From the NCBI GenBank assembly GCA_044222475.1, contig JBGANF010000004.1:1-64000 (forward strand): a stretch of 64,000 bases of DNA, given 5' to 3'. Both the position numbers and the translations under genes were made by a program. Numbering within the stretch: position 1 is the first letter of the stretch; each line of letters opens with the position of its first letter. Below, one piece after another: positions 41,582 through 51,168 of this stretch. This DNA comes from Polyangiaceae bacterium. Its GTDB lineage: Bacteria; Myxococcota_A; Polyangia; Polyangiales; Polyangiaceae. The notes beneath the pieces are model-generated. The model made no database searches. It was not told where the DNA came from and saw only the letters and a program-made list of their open reading frames with translations.

Positions 41582-41815
41582 ATGGTCCTCTGCCTCCGAT
41601 GCGGCGCACCGCGCACGAACGCGACCCGGTGCGAATATTGTGGCGTCGTCTTCGACCCCGGCGCCGCGCCGGCAGCGCCGAGGGATCTTCCCGCCGAGTT
41701 CCACGACGCGATGAAGAGCGACAACCTCATCGAGGCGATCAAGATCTACCGCAAGGTCCGCGACGTCGGCCTCAAGGAGGCCCGCGACGAGGTGCTGAAG
41801 CTCAAGATGAAATGA
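41582..41815 (+). CDS. Small protein: Zn ribbon plus ribosomal L7/L12 C-terminal-like motif
   Basis: CLRCGAP...CEYCG and IEAIKIYRKVRDVGLKEARDEV. Confidence 0.65.
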   Translation: MVLCLRCGAPRTNATRCEYCGVVFDPGAAPAAPRDLPAEFHDAMKSDNLIEAIKIYRKVRDVGLKEARDEVLKLKMK

Positions 41816-41818
41816 GCT

Positions 41819-42502
41819 TCAGCGAACCAGCTTCATGTTGAACATCGGCGTCTTCAGCGCGCCGTAGAGCCGCGCCCAGAGCGGGACCCATCCTTCGGTG
41901 CCGCGCGCGTTCGTGATGTCGCCGAGATCGACGACGTCCCTCCAGCCGAACCACTCCTTCAGGATCCGCGTCACTTCGGCCTTCGCCGCGTCGTCGTTTC
42001 CGCAGAGGACCATCGTGTGGTCGCCCCCGGCGAGCAGCTTCGCGTCGACCATGAGGAACGCGTTCACCGTGTTGAGCGTCTTCACGACCTTCGCTTTGGG
42101 GAACGCGCGCTGAATCTGCTCGCCGAGCGAGTCGGTGTTCGACACCGTGAGCGACGGCGGCATGCCCTTCGAGAAGTCGAGCGGGTTCGAGATGTCGATC
42201 AGGATCTTCCCGGCGAGGTTCTCGGCCCCGGCGAGGCCGAGGGCGGCGAGCGCGCCGTCTCCGGAGAGCGCGTTCACGACGAGCTCGCCGTGCTTCGCCG
42301 CGTCGGCGAAGGGCACGAGGCTCACGTTGGCTTGCGTCTCGAGCCAGGTGCGCACCGGCGGGCCGCCGGCCATGTCGGGCTCGCTCCGGGCAAGCGTCGC
42401 CTTGGGGTCGCGCGTGCCGAGCTTCACCGAGTGTCCGAGCGAGCCGAGCTTGCCCGCGATGGTCTTTGCCACGATTCCCGTTCCGAGTACGCCGATGTTC
42501 AT
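41819..42502 (-). CDS. NADP oxidoreductase, F420-dependent family
   Basis: GVLGTG, IDISNPL, SLGEQIQ, VVKTLNT and DLGDI. Confidence 0.85.
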   Translation of the reverse strand: MNIGVLGTGIVAKTIAGKLGSLGHSVKLGTRDPKATLARSEPDMAGGPPVRTWLETQANVSLVPFADAAKHGELVVNALSGDGALAALGLAGAENLAGKILIDISNPLDFSKGMPPSLTVSNTDSLGEQIQRAFPKAKVVKTLNTVNAFLMVDAKLLAGGDHTMVLCGNDDAAKAEVTRILKEWFGWRDVVDLGDITNARGTEGWVPLWARLYGALKTPMFNMKLVR

Positions 42503-42599
42503 GGGTTCATCTCCTCGCCGACCAACCTAGCGATCAATCCAGGGTTGACCACATCGTCTTCGTCAACCTATCGTTGACTCGAGGTTGACGATCGACCCG

Positions 42600-43541
42600 A
42601 TGAAAGTGCGCTCGGATCTCTTCAGCGGCGTCCTCCCGTTCGTCCGCGCGGCGGAGGAGAAGAGCTTCGGCCGCGCGGCGGCGAGCCTCGGCGTGACGAC
42701 CGCGGCGGTGAGCAAGTCGGTGAAGAAGCTCGAGGACGACCTCGGCGTCCGCCTCCTCGATCGCAGCTCGCGCGTCGTCACGCTGACGCGCGAGGGCGAG
42801 GACTTCCTCGCGCGGTCGCAGCAAGCGGTGCTGAGCATCCAAGGCGCGCGCGCGGCGATGCAGGCCACGAAGCGCGAGCCGCACGGCGAGGTGTCGGTCA
42901 CCCTGCCCTTCATCCTCGCGCCGTTCGTCGTGCCGAACCTCGGCAAGCTCGCGGCGCAGTACCCGCGACTGTCGTTTCGGGTCGACATGAGCGACCGCGT
43001 CGCGCGGCTCGCGGTCGAGAGCTACGACGTCGCGATCCGCATGGGCGTCCTCGCGGACTCGACGTTGGTGTCGCGGCTGCTGCGGCGCACGCGCTGGGTC
43101 ACCGTCGCATCGCCGAGCTACCTCGCGCGCCACGCGGCGCCGAAGCACCCCGGCGATCTCGCCGACCACAACGGGTTGCGATTCGTCGGGCCCAACGGGA
43201 AGCCGCGCGTCTGGTCCTTCTCCGAAGGCGGGCGCGAGCTCTCGATCGAGGTGAAGGGGAACCTCTTGATCGACCACGGCGGGTACATGCTCCGCGCCGC
43301 CGAGTCCGGGTTGGGCGTGTGTCAGGTGCTCGACTTCATGGTCGAGCGCGAGCTCCGCGACGGAAGCCTGGTCGAGCTCCTCGCGGGGTTCTCGTCGAAG
43401 GGCCCCGACGTGCACGCGCTCACGACGTCGGCGCGGGCGAGCTCGGCCAACGTGCGCGCGTTCGTGCGTTTCCTCGTCGAGGCGCTGGCTACGGGCCCAG
43501 CTGCGGAAAGCTCGCTGGCCTCGGCGCGGGCTCGAGGGTGA
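42600..43541 (+). CDS. LysR family transcriptional regulator (divergent from the oxidoreductase)
   Basis: SFGRAAASLGVTTAAVSKSVKKLEDDLGVRLLDRSSR HTH; DVAIR; ASPSYL. Confidence 0.93.
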   Translation: MKVRSDLFSGVLPFVRAAEEKSFGRAAASLGVTTAAVSKSVKKLEDDLGVRLLDRSSRVVTLTREGEDFLARSQQAVLSIQGARAAMQATKREPHGEVSVTLPFILAPFVVPNLGKLAAQYPRLSFRVDMSDRVARLAVESYDVAIRMGVLADSTLVSRLLRRTRWVTVASPSYLARHAAPKHPGDLADHNGLRFVGPNGKPRVWSFSEGGRELSIEVKGNLLIDHGGYMLRAAESGLGVCQVLDFMVERELRDGSLVELLAGFSSKGPDVHALTTSARASSANVRAFVRFLVEALATGPAAESSLASARARG

Positions 43542-44244
43542 CGCACTCGTCGAGGGTGAAGACACCATGGTCGGGGTCGGCCTCGACTCCGGCCGAGCTC
43601 TTGGTGAACGTGAACGCGTAGTGACCCTTGATGCGGACCTTCGCGCCCACCGCGGGGAGCGGGTACGGAACCGAGCCGCCCCAGATCTCGTCGACGTAGA
43701 GCGAGGGCGGCGGCGCGGTCAGCGCCTTGTACTTCAGGTACGCCTCGTACACGTTCGGGAAGTTCGAGGCCCAACCCATCACGCGGAACTTCACCTCGCC
43801 CGCGCCGGTCTTGGCGTCGGCGACGGTGAACGCCGGGATCTCGGTCGAGCACCCCTTCGGGTCGGCGATGCCCGTCTTGTGCAGCGCGCACTTCGGAGCG
43901 CGCGGGAGGTTCGTGTCGACGATGTACCCGACGACGGTGATGCTCTTCGAGAGCTCGCCCGCGCCGAAGCGACTGTGGAGCGCGTGGAGCGCGCCGTACA
44001 CGGTGTACGCGTCGCCGACGCGCATCGGCGTGTCGGGCAACGTCGGCGGCGCCGGCACGTCGGGGCGAGCGCCGGACCACGCGGCGACCGGCAGGTACGG
44101 CGAGGCCGACGGGCTGCAAGCGACCGAAGGCGCGGCCGATGCGCCCGAGCTCGCGCTCGCGGTCGGCACGGGCACTTGGCTGACGCCGGGCGTCGCCGGT
44201 TGCCCGCACGCGACGAGGAGAGCGCAGCCGATCCACCGCTTCAT
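43489..44244 (-). CDS. Hypothetical lipoprotein
   Basis: MKRWIGCALLVAC. Confidence 0.7.
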   Translation of the reverse strand: MKRWIGCALLVACGQPATPGVSQVPVPTASASSGASAAPSVACSPSASPYLPVAAWSGARPDVPAPPTLPDTPMRVGDAYTVYGALHALHSRFGAGELSKSITVVGYIVDTNLPRAPKCALHKTGIADPKGCSTEIPAFTVADAKTGAGEVKFRVMGWASNFPNVYEAYLKYKALTAPPPSLYVDEIWGGSVPYPLPAVGAKVRIKGHYAFTFTKSSAGVEADPDHGVFTLDECVTLEPAPRPASFPQLGP

Positions 44245-44267
44245 GCGCGCGATGATACCATCGGCGC

Positions 44268-45164
44268 ATGCGCATCCGAGCGGCGTCGGCGATGCTCGCG
44301 GTTTCGGTCCTCGCGACGAACGCGGGCGCGGATTGCCCCCGTCCCACCAAGGCGGTGGCCCTGGTGACGAAGGGCGACGCCTCGCTGTCGACCAACCTCG
44401 ACGACGCGATCGCGAGCTACGACGAGGCGCGGCAGCTCCAGCCCGACGACGCGGAGATCCTGTGGAAGCTGGCGGTCGCCTACAAACGCAAAGAGGACTG
44501 GGCGCACGTCGCGACGACGCTCGACCGCGCGTGCGTGCTCGCCCCCGATCACGCGAACTACTTCTTCCTGCGCGGCTACGCGCTCGAACGAATCGGAAGC
44601 TTCGCCGACGCGCGCGCTCCGCTCGAGAAGGCGATCGCGCTCGACGCGAACTACGCCGACCCCGAGTACGATCTCGCGGAGGTCCTGCTGCACCTCGGCG
44701 ACGAAAAGGGCGCGCTCGAGCACTACACGAAGGCGATCCAGAAGAACCCCGCCGAGCTCGTCTTCTACTCGACCCTCGCCGACCTCTACCTGCGCCTCGG
44801 CTTCCTCGATCACGCGGAGAAGACGCTGCGCGCTGGGATCCCGTTCGACAAGGGCGACGGCCGGGTCTTTGCGATCCACATGCTCCTCGGAGAGGTGCGC
44901 ACGCGGAAGAAGGATCCGGCGGGGGCCGTCGCCGCGCTCGAGGCCGCGAGGGTCTCCTGCGGGGCCTGCAACGAGCGCGGGCAGCAGATCATCTACTTCT
45001 CGCTGGGTGCGGCGTACGCGACGCTGAAGACGCCGAAGAAGGCCGAGGCGATCGAGAACCTCGTGACGTTCCAGAAGACGGTCTGCCGAGGCGCGGCCGC
45101 CGCGCGGTACGCCGACGAGTGCACCGAGGCCCAGGAGCTCCTGCGATCGCTGAACGGTCACTGA
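44268..45164 (+). CDS. Secreted TPR-repeat protein
   Basis: Signal peptide; multiple TPR helices (EKAIALDANYAD, YTKAIQKNP). Confidence 0.8.
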   Translation: MRIRAASAMLAVSVLATNAGADCPRPTKAVALVTKGDASLSTNLDDAIASYDEARQLQPDDAEILWKLAVAYKRKEDWAHVATTLDRACVLAPDHANYFFLRGYALERIGSFADARAPLEKAIALDANYADPEYDLAEVLLHLGDEKGALEHYTKAIQKNPAELVFYSTLADLYLRLGFLDHAEKTLRAGIPFDKGDGRVFAIHMLLGEVRTRKKDPAGAVAALEAARVSCGACNERGQQIIYFSLGAAYATLKTPKKAEAIENLVTFQKTVCRGAAAARYADECTEAQELLRSLNGH

Positions 45165-46129
45165 AGGGGCTTGCAGCGCTTTTCGATCCGCGGCTGGGTC
45201 CCTCGAACGCGCGCGCGGAAGAGCGCCGTCGGCGACACGCGGAGCTCGCCGAACTCGTCGCCGGTCGTGGTCGCGAGCGTCTCGTCCGATCCTCCGGCCA
45301 GCGGCTTTCGAACCAGACTCGACTTGGTCGCGCCCAAGGAGAGCGCCACGTAGGCGAAGCTCGGATCCACCGCGAACCCGGCAAACGTCCCGACGTCCTC
45401 GCGGAGCTCCAGCGGGTTGCTCGTCCCGGCCTTCGAGCCGAGGCGTACGGCGACGAACGGTACGGGACCGTAGTTGAACCGGTCCCCGGCGACGTAGGCG
45501 TTCGTCTCGTCCACCACGATTCGGTCCCCGCCGCAGGCCTCGGTCCAAACGAAGCTCGGGGCGCCGCCGCCGACCGGGAGCCGCACGAGCTCGCAGGGCC
45601 GCGTGCCCGCGGTCATCACGTATACCCACGCTGGGTCGACGGCGAGCGCCGAAGCACCGGAAATTCCGCTCGCGAGGACGGTGACCTCGGTGCCCTCGAT
45701 GCGAACGAGTCGCGCACGCAAGAACCCGCTTCCGCTCTCGAGGTAGAAGAGCCCGGCCGCGTTCTTCGCGATGGCAACCGGGTGATCGACCGACGCGAGG
45801 ATCGTCGTTCGGGCGCCTTGCACGCGGTCGAACGCGAAGATTCCTGCGTCGCCCACCGCAAAGACCGTCTGCGCATCGACGGCGAGAGACACGACGCGCG
45901 TGCTGCCGATGCTTCCGAGCGTCCTCGTCCCACGCGAGTCGCGAACGGCGACGTCTCCGGTGACGGTGCCCCACAGCACGGCGTCTCCGTCGATCTCGAA
46001 CGTGCTCACGTCGTCCCTCGTGACGATGTCCTCGTCAGCGCACGGCGCGGACGGAGCCGGCTCGCTACGAATCGCTCCGCCGCACCCGAGGACGACCACG
46101 ACCGCGACGAAGCTCCACCTCCTGACCAC
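45158..46129 (-). CDS. Beta-propeller lipoprotein
   Basis: VVLGC; repeated LAVD...VY/VF blades. Confidence 0.7.
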   Translation of the reverse strand: MVRRWSFVAVVVVLGCGGAIRSEPAPSAPCADEDIVTRDDVSTFEIDGDAVLWGTVTGDVAVRDSRGTRTLGSIGSTRVVSLAVDAQTVFAVGDAGIFAFDRVQGARTTILASVDHPVAIAKNAAGLFYLESGSGFLRARLVRIEGTEVTVLASGISGASALAVDPAWVYVMTAGTRPCELVRLPVGGGAPSFVWTEACGGDRIVVDETNAYVAGDRFNYGPVPFVAVRLGSKAGTSNPLELREDVGTFAGFAVDPSFAYVALSLGATKSSLVRKPLAGGSDETLATTTGDEFGELRVSPTALFRARVRGTQPRIEKRCKPLQ

Positions 46130-46211
46130 GAGTCAGCGTTCGCCGAAGGTCTTCGTGCGTCAAGCACGACCTTCTCCGCCCTGGCGTTCGTGGCGAACCT
46201 GGCGGTTCTCT

Positions 46212-47243
46212 CTACCCGCCCAGCGTCCGCACCACCCGAGCGAGCGTCCGGAGCTCCGTCGCGAGAGCTCGCGGGCTCGGCAGCGCGCTCCCAGTGTGCC
46301 CGTACATGCCGGTCACGAGCAGCTCCGCGCTCGGCACGTGACGCGCGAGCTTGTCGGCCTCGTGCACCGGGATCACGTCGTCGTCGCGACCGTGCACGAT
46401 GGTGATCGGCGCACGGACGCGCGCGAGGTCGTCGGCGGGGCTCGTCCACGCAAAGTCGTCCTGGGACCGCGCGAGCGCTTCGTCGAGCACGACCTCGCCT
46501 CCGGGCGAAAGCGAGCACCCGAGAAGAAAGAGCTCCCGCTCCGCATCGCCTAGGCGTGCTGCGATCTCGTGCGCGATCGGATCGCGTGCGCCCTCGGCTT
46601 TGAGCTCCATCTTGCCCCACGTGCGCACCACCATCTCGCGCCACGCCTCGCGAACGACGTCGCGGTCGGCGCTCGTCTCGAGGTACGGCAGGAGGTTCAT
46701 GAACACGACCGGCGCGTTGAGCGGATCGCGCGCCTGCCCGGTGATCGCGAAGCGGATCGCGGCATCGAAGTCGAAGAACCCGCCGAAGAGGATCAACCGG
46801 CCGAGCGCGTCGGCGAACCGATGGTCGGCGGCGACCGCGATCGCGGGGCGCGACCCGAACGAGATCGACATCAGGCTCGGCTTCGCGAACCCGAGCGCCC
46901 GCGCGTCGTCGAGCGCGAGCGTGACGGCGGCGCCGAGATCGTCCTTCGTCGTCTCGGCCATGCGCAGCGCGAGGAAGTCCCGCAGCTTCGGGGCGATCAC
47001 CCGGAAGCCCGCGCGCGCGAGGACGCGACAGAACCGATCGAGCCTCGGATCGTCGGGCCCGAGGTAGTGCATCCCCTGGGCGACGACGTACACGCCTCGC
47101 GGCGACGTGTGTGCATCATACACATAGATGGACACCGGCCCGACCTGCACCTCGCGGCGCTCGACGCGCTGCGGGGTCCGCTTCTCCGCCCACGGACCGA
47201 GCCAGAAGGCCAGTGAGAGGCTGGAGGAGAGGTTCGCGGCCAC
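46212..47243 (-). CDS. Alpha/beta hydrolase
   Basis: SISFG nucleophile elbow, VHGRDDDVIP and C-terminal GH. Confidence 0.75.
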   Translation of the reverse strand: MAANLSSSLSLAFWLGPWAEKRTPQRVERREVQVGPVSIYVYDAHTSPRGVYVVAQGMHYLGPDDPRLDRFCRVLARAGFRVIAPKLRDFLALRMAETTKDDLGAAVTLALDDARALGFAKPSLMSISFGSRPAIAVAADHRFADALGRLILFGGFFDFDAAIRFAITGQARDPLNAPVVFMNLLPYLETSADRDVVREAWREMVVRTWGKMELKAEGARDPIAHEIAARLGDAERELFLLGCSLSPGGEVVLDEALARSQDDFAWTSPADDLARVRAPITIVHGRDDDVIPVHEADKLARHVPSAELLVTGMYGHTGSALPSPRALATELRTLARVVRTLGG

Positions 47244-47320
47244 GGGTTTCGTGCAATGGTATTCGAAGCTTGCGAATTTATCGTAGGGAGTTCGGTTCCC
47301 CTTCGTCCTACGAGACGACG

Positions 47321-49042
47321 ATGAAGAGAATCCTTCTCGGTTCCCTCGCCCTCGCTGCCGTCCTCGGCTTCGCGTGCGGCGGCGGGGCGCCGCGCCCCGT
47401 CACCCCCACCGTGTCTTCCGCCAGCGCGAGCGCGAGCGCGACCGTCGCCGCGGCACCGGCGCTCACGCCGGCCGACGTCGACGCGAAGCTCCACGACGCA
47501 TGGACCCAGAACGGGCTCACCGCGACCGCGAAGATCGACGACGGGCGGTGGCTGCGGCGCGTCTCCATCGACGTGATCGGCACGCTCCCCACCGCCGACA
47601 AGGTGCGCGCTTTCCTCGCCGACACTCGGCCCGACAAACGCGCGCGCGTGCTCGACGAGCTGCTCGCGTCGCCGGCGTATGCCGAGCACTGGTCGTTCTA
47701 CTGGGACGACGTCCTGATGACGCGAGCGCGCGCCGGCGGGCTCGACCGCATGGCGTTCCGCGCCTGGCTGCGCGCGCGCTTCGCCGAGAACATGCCGTGG
47801 GACAAGCTCGTCTACGCGCTCATCACCGCGACCGGGCAGAACAGCACCGGGGGTCCGCGAGCGAAGACCGTCGACGAAGCCGCTCCCGAGCTCGACGCAC
47901 CGGGCGTGAACCCCGCCGTCAACTACGCGCTCGAGTACCGGGACTCGCCCCAAGACTTCGCGGGCAACGCCTCGAAGACGTTCCTCGGCGTGCAGATCCA
48001 GTGCGCGCAGTGCCACGACCACAAGACCGAGCCGTGGAAGCAAACCGACTTCCAGAAATTCGCCGCGTGCTTCGCGCGGACCCAGCTCGTGCCGCTCGAC
48101 AAGGGCGCGATGGACAAGGGCGTCCCTCGGATCGAGGTTCGCGATCTCGATCGCCCGGCGCCGCGCTTCGCGAAGGACGCCGACATCGCGCCGATCACCG
48201 CGGCGAAGCCGACCGCGCTCGACGGCACCGCGATCGACGGGAACACGCGCCAGGGCGTCGCGACGTGGATCACGAAGAACCCCGGCTTCGCCCGTGAGAT
48301 GGTCGATCGGATGTGGGGCCACTTCCTCGGCCGCGGCTTCGTGAACCCGGTGAACGACATCCGGCCGTCGAACCCGCCGATCATGCCCGAGCTCGAGGAC
48401 GCGATCGCGAAGGACTTCGCGAGCCACGGCTACGATCTGAAGCGGCTCGTGCGGCTCGTCGCGCTCTCGGACGCGTACGCGGTGAGCCCCGGCAAGGCAC
48501 CCGACGGCGGCAAGCCCGACTACTGGTCGCGGTTCCACATGACGCCGCTCGGTCCCGAGGAGCTCGTCAACGCCGTGCTCGTCGCCACCGGCGCCGACGC
48601 GACGCTCGCGCGACGCGGGGACATCGACGAGGTGAAGGAGCGCATTCGCCGCGCAGCCGAGGTCGTCTTCGACGTGGACGAAGAGCTCGACGCTCCGACG
48701 TACCAGGGGACGCTCACCCAGGCGCTGACGCTCCTCAACGGGAAGATCGTCGCGACGGCGTCGAGCAGCTTGCCCGGGACGATGCTCCAAGCGCTCGTCG
48801 CCAACGCGTCGCTGACCGACGCGCAGCGGATCGAGACGATGTACCTCGCCGCGTACGCCCGCAAACCGCGAGCGGACGAGCTCGAGCGGTGGATGAAGTA
48901 CGTCGCGGACGCGCCCCCCGCCCCGGCGACCGCGCCGGCGCCGGGGAAGAAGCCGGCGAAGACCGCCCCGCCGCGCGTTCTCGCGCTCGAAGACGTGATG
49001 TGGACCCTGCTCAACTCGAGCGAATTTCTCTTCAACCACTGA
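47321..49042 (+). CDS. DUF1549/DUF1553 domain lipoprotein
   Basis: WLRRVSIDVIGTLPT, FLGVQIQCAQCHDH, DRMWGHFLGRGFVNP and C-terminal LLNSSEFLFNH; GFAC lipobox. Confidence 0.88.
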   Translation: MKRILLGSLALAAVLGFACGGGAPRPVTPTVSSASASASATVAAAPALTPADVDAKLHDAWTQNGLTATAKIDDGRWLRRVSIDVIGTLPTADKVRAFLADTRPDKRARVLDELLASPAYAEHWSFYWDDVLMTRARAGGLDRMAFRAWLRARFAENMPWDKLVYALITATGQNSTGGPRAKTVDEAAPELDAPGVNPAVNYALEYRDSPQDFAGNASKTFLGVQIQCAQCHDHKTEPWKQTDFQKFAACFARTQLVPLDKGAMDKGVPRIEVRDLDRPAPRFAKDADIAPITAAKPTALDGTAIDGNTRQGVATWITKNPGFAREMVDRMWGHFLGRGFVNPVNDIRPSNPPIMPELEDAIAKDFASHGYDLKRLVRLVALSDAYAVSPGKAPDGGKPDYWSRFHMTPLGPEELVNAVLVATGADATLARRGDIDEVKERIRRAAEVVFDVDEELDAPTYQGTLTQALTLLNGKIVATASSSLPGTMLQALVANASLTDAQRIETMYLAAYARKPRADELERWMKYVADAPPAPATAPAPGKKPAKTAPPRVLALEDVMWTLLNSSEFLFNH

Positions 49043-49049
49043 GGATGCG

Positions 49050-50306
49050 ATGAACCGTAGAGATCTCCTCCGCGCCGGCACCGCCAGCTTCCTCGGTGCG
49101 CTGCTCGCACGCTACGCGGGTCCCCTTCCCGCCTTCGCCGACGGAGTCGCCCCCGCGACCGCGGCCACGCCGAGAGCGAAGAGCGTGATCCTCCTCTGGA
49201 TGAACGGCGGACCGAGCCACCTCGACACGTGGGACCCCAAGCCCGGCACCGCCACCGGCGGACCGTTCAAGGCGATCCGCACCGGTCTCACCGGCCTCTC
49301 GGTCTCCGAGCACATGCCGAAGATCGCCGCCGTGGCGAACAAGCTCACCGTGCTTCGGATGACGAGCAAGGAGGGCAACCACCAGCGCGCGCAGTACTTG
49401 ATGCACACCGGCTACGCGCCCAACCCGACGCTCGTGCACCCCGCGCTCGGCGGGTGGATGTCCAAGAAGCTCGGTGCACCGAGCGGCGGATTGCCGGCGT
49501 TCGTGAGCCTCGGCGGCCCGGCGTACGGCGCGACCGGAGGTTTCCTGGGCGTCCAGCATGGTCCCTTTTTGGTACCGACGGTGGGCGGCATCCCCGACAA
49601 CGCCGCTCCCACCGTCGACGCCGCGCGCTTCGAGCGCCGTCGCGCGCTCCTCGAAGCTCAGGACGCCGCGTTCTCGAGCGAGGTCGCCGGCGGCGTCGTC
49701 GACGATCGGCGTGCCGTCGTGGACGCGTCCGTGCGGCTCATGCGCTCTCCCGATCTCGGGGCGTTCGACGTCTCGACCGAGACCGCCGCGATCCGCGCGG
49801 CCTACGGCGAGACCGCGTTCGGCAAGGGCTGCCTCGTCGCGCGGCGGCTCGTCGAGCGCGGCGTGCGCTTCGTCGAGGTCGTGCTCGACGGGTGGGACAC
49901 CCACAAGGACAACTTCACCAAGGTGAAGTCCCAACTCGGGATCATGGACCCGGCGGTGGCCGCCCTCTTGAAGGATCTCGGCGACCGTCACTTGCTCTCG
50001 TCGACGCTCGTCCTCTGGATGGGCGACTTCGGGCGCACGCCGAAGATCAACGCCAACGACGGCCGCGACCACTGGCCCGGTGCGTGGACCGCGGTGATGG
50101 CGGGCGGCGGCGCCAAGCCCGGCGTCCTCGGCGCGACCGACGCGGAGGGCGCGAAGTGCGTCGGCAAGGCGTACACGGTGCCGGATCTCGCGGCCACGGT
50201 GGCAAAGCTCGCCGGGCTCGACCCCAACGAAGAGGTGATGACGCCCGTCGGGCGGCCCATGGCCGTGACCGACAGCGGCACGCCGATCCCCGAAGCGATG
50301 GCGTGA
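49050..50306 (+). CDS. DUF1501 protein with Tat signal
   Basis: NRRDLL, WMNGGPSHLDTWDPK, ARRLVERGVRFV, GWDTH, GDFGRTP and GRDHW. Confidence 0.9.
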   Translation: MNRRDLLRAGTASFLGALLARYAGPLPAFADGVAPATAATPRAKSVILLWMNGGPSHLDTWDPKPGTATGGPFKAIRTGLTGLSVSEHMPKIAAVANKLTVLRMTSKEGNHQRAQYLMHTGYAPNPTLVHPALGGWMSKKLGAPSGGLPAFVSLGGPAYGATGGFLGVQHGPFLVPTVGGIPDNAAPTVDAARFERRRALLEAQDAAFSSEVAGGVVDDRRAVVDASVRLMRSPDLGAFDVSTETAAIRAAYGETAFGKGCLVARRLVERGVRFVEVVLDGWDTHKDNFTKVKSQLGIMDPAVAALLKDLGDRHLLSSTLVLWMGDFGRTPKINANDGRDHWPGAWTAVMAGGGAKPGVLGATDAEGAKCVGKAYTVPDLAATVAKLAGLDPNEEVMTPVGRPMAVTDSGTPIPEAMA

Positions 50307-50322
50307 GGTATGCTCGCGACCC

Positions 50323-51150
50323 ATGCGTCGCTTGCTGCCCGTCGTGCTGCTCCTCGCGGCGTGTAAAGAAGACCCGAGCGCGAAGCTGAACGCGGTGCGC
50401 GATCAGCTCGCGACGGGGTCGCCCACGTTCGACGACAAGCTGACCGCGTGCCCGACGGACGGGTCGTGCCTCGGGCCGCTCGCGAAGGACCTCGGCAGCG
50501 CCAAGGGCTACTCCGCGACGACCCCCGACCAAGCCTCGGTGGGCGCCGTGGCGGTGCTCGTCGCGCGCGACGGACACGGCGAGTGGGCGAGCGGACTCGA
50601 CGAGTGGATCTCGGTGATGCGCAAGGGCAAGGGCACCGGCGCGGACGCGCTTCGCCTCGCCGTCGGGCTGCGGCTCTCGAAGGTGCTGCCGACCTACGCG
50701 CACGCGTTGACCGAGGCCGAGCTCCCCTCGTTCTTCAAGGACGTCGGCCGTGCGATCCCCGGCTCGTGCAAGACGTACGCGCGCCTCGGCGACGGCGCGT
50801 CGGATGCGTCGCTCGCGATCGAGGACCAGAGCGATCACTCGCCGTGCGTGCAGAAGGACCTCGGGCGCGAAGGCGGACCGGGCGGCACGTACGGCCACGG
50901 CCCTTGGCGCGCGGCGGCCGGGCTCGTCGCGCTCGCGCGCGAGGTCGCCCACGCGATCGACGACGGCGCCGGCTTGATGAATGCAAAATACAAGCAACCG
51001 GTCGCCGACCGCGCCAAGTCGTCGCGCGAGGCGATCGGCAAGATCGTCCTCGTCAGCGTCGAGCAGCCGGCGGGTACGTGGCTCGGCCCCGACATGCTGG
51101 ACACCCACGGGGACGGCGGGCTCCACGGACGAGACGCCGGCAGCGATTGA
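50323..51150 (+). CDS. Hypothetical lipoprotein
   Basis: LLAAC lipobox. Confidence 0.7.
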   Translation: MRRLLPVVLLLAACKEDPSAKLNAVRDQLATGSPTFDDKLTACPTDGSCLGPLAKDLGSAKGYSATTPDQASVGAVAVLVARDGHGEWASGLDEWISVMRKGKGTGADALRLAVGLRLSKVLPTYAHALTEAELPSFFKDVGRAIPGSCKTYARLGDGASDASLAIEDQSDHSPCVQKDLGREGGPGGTYGHGPWRAAAGLVALAREVAHAIDDGAGLMNAKYKQPVADRAKSSREAIGKIVLVSVEQPAGTWLGPDMLDTHGDGGLHGRDAGSD

Positions 51151-51168
51151 AATGATAACCTCCGGCGC

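Noticed and set aside
41582..41815. Zn-ribbon small protein as a twelfth splicease precursor
   Set aside because: It has no RLVR/CPFC signature, hydrophobic signal, lipobox or YG motif.
43489..43541. 53-nt overlap of the convergent LysR and lipoprotein 3' ends
   Set aside because: Short convergent overlaps are common in compact high-GC genomes; no further signal.
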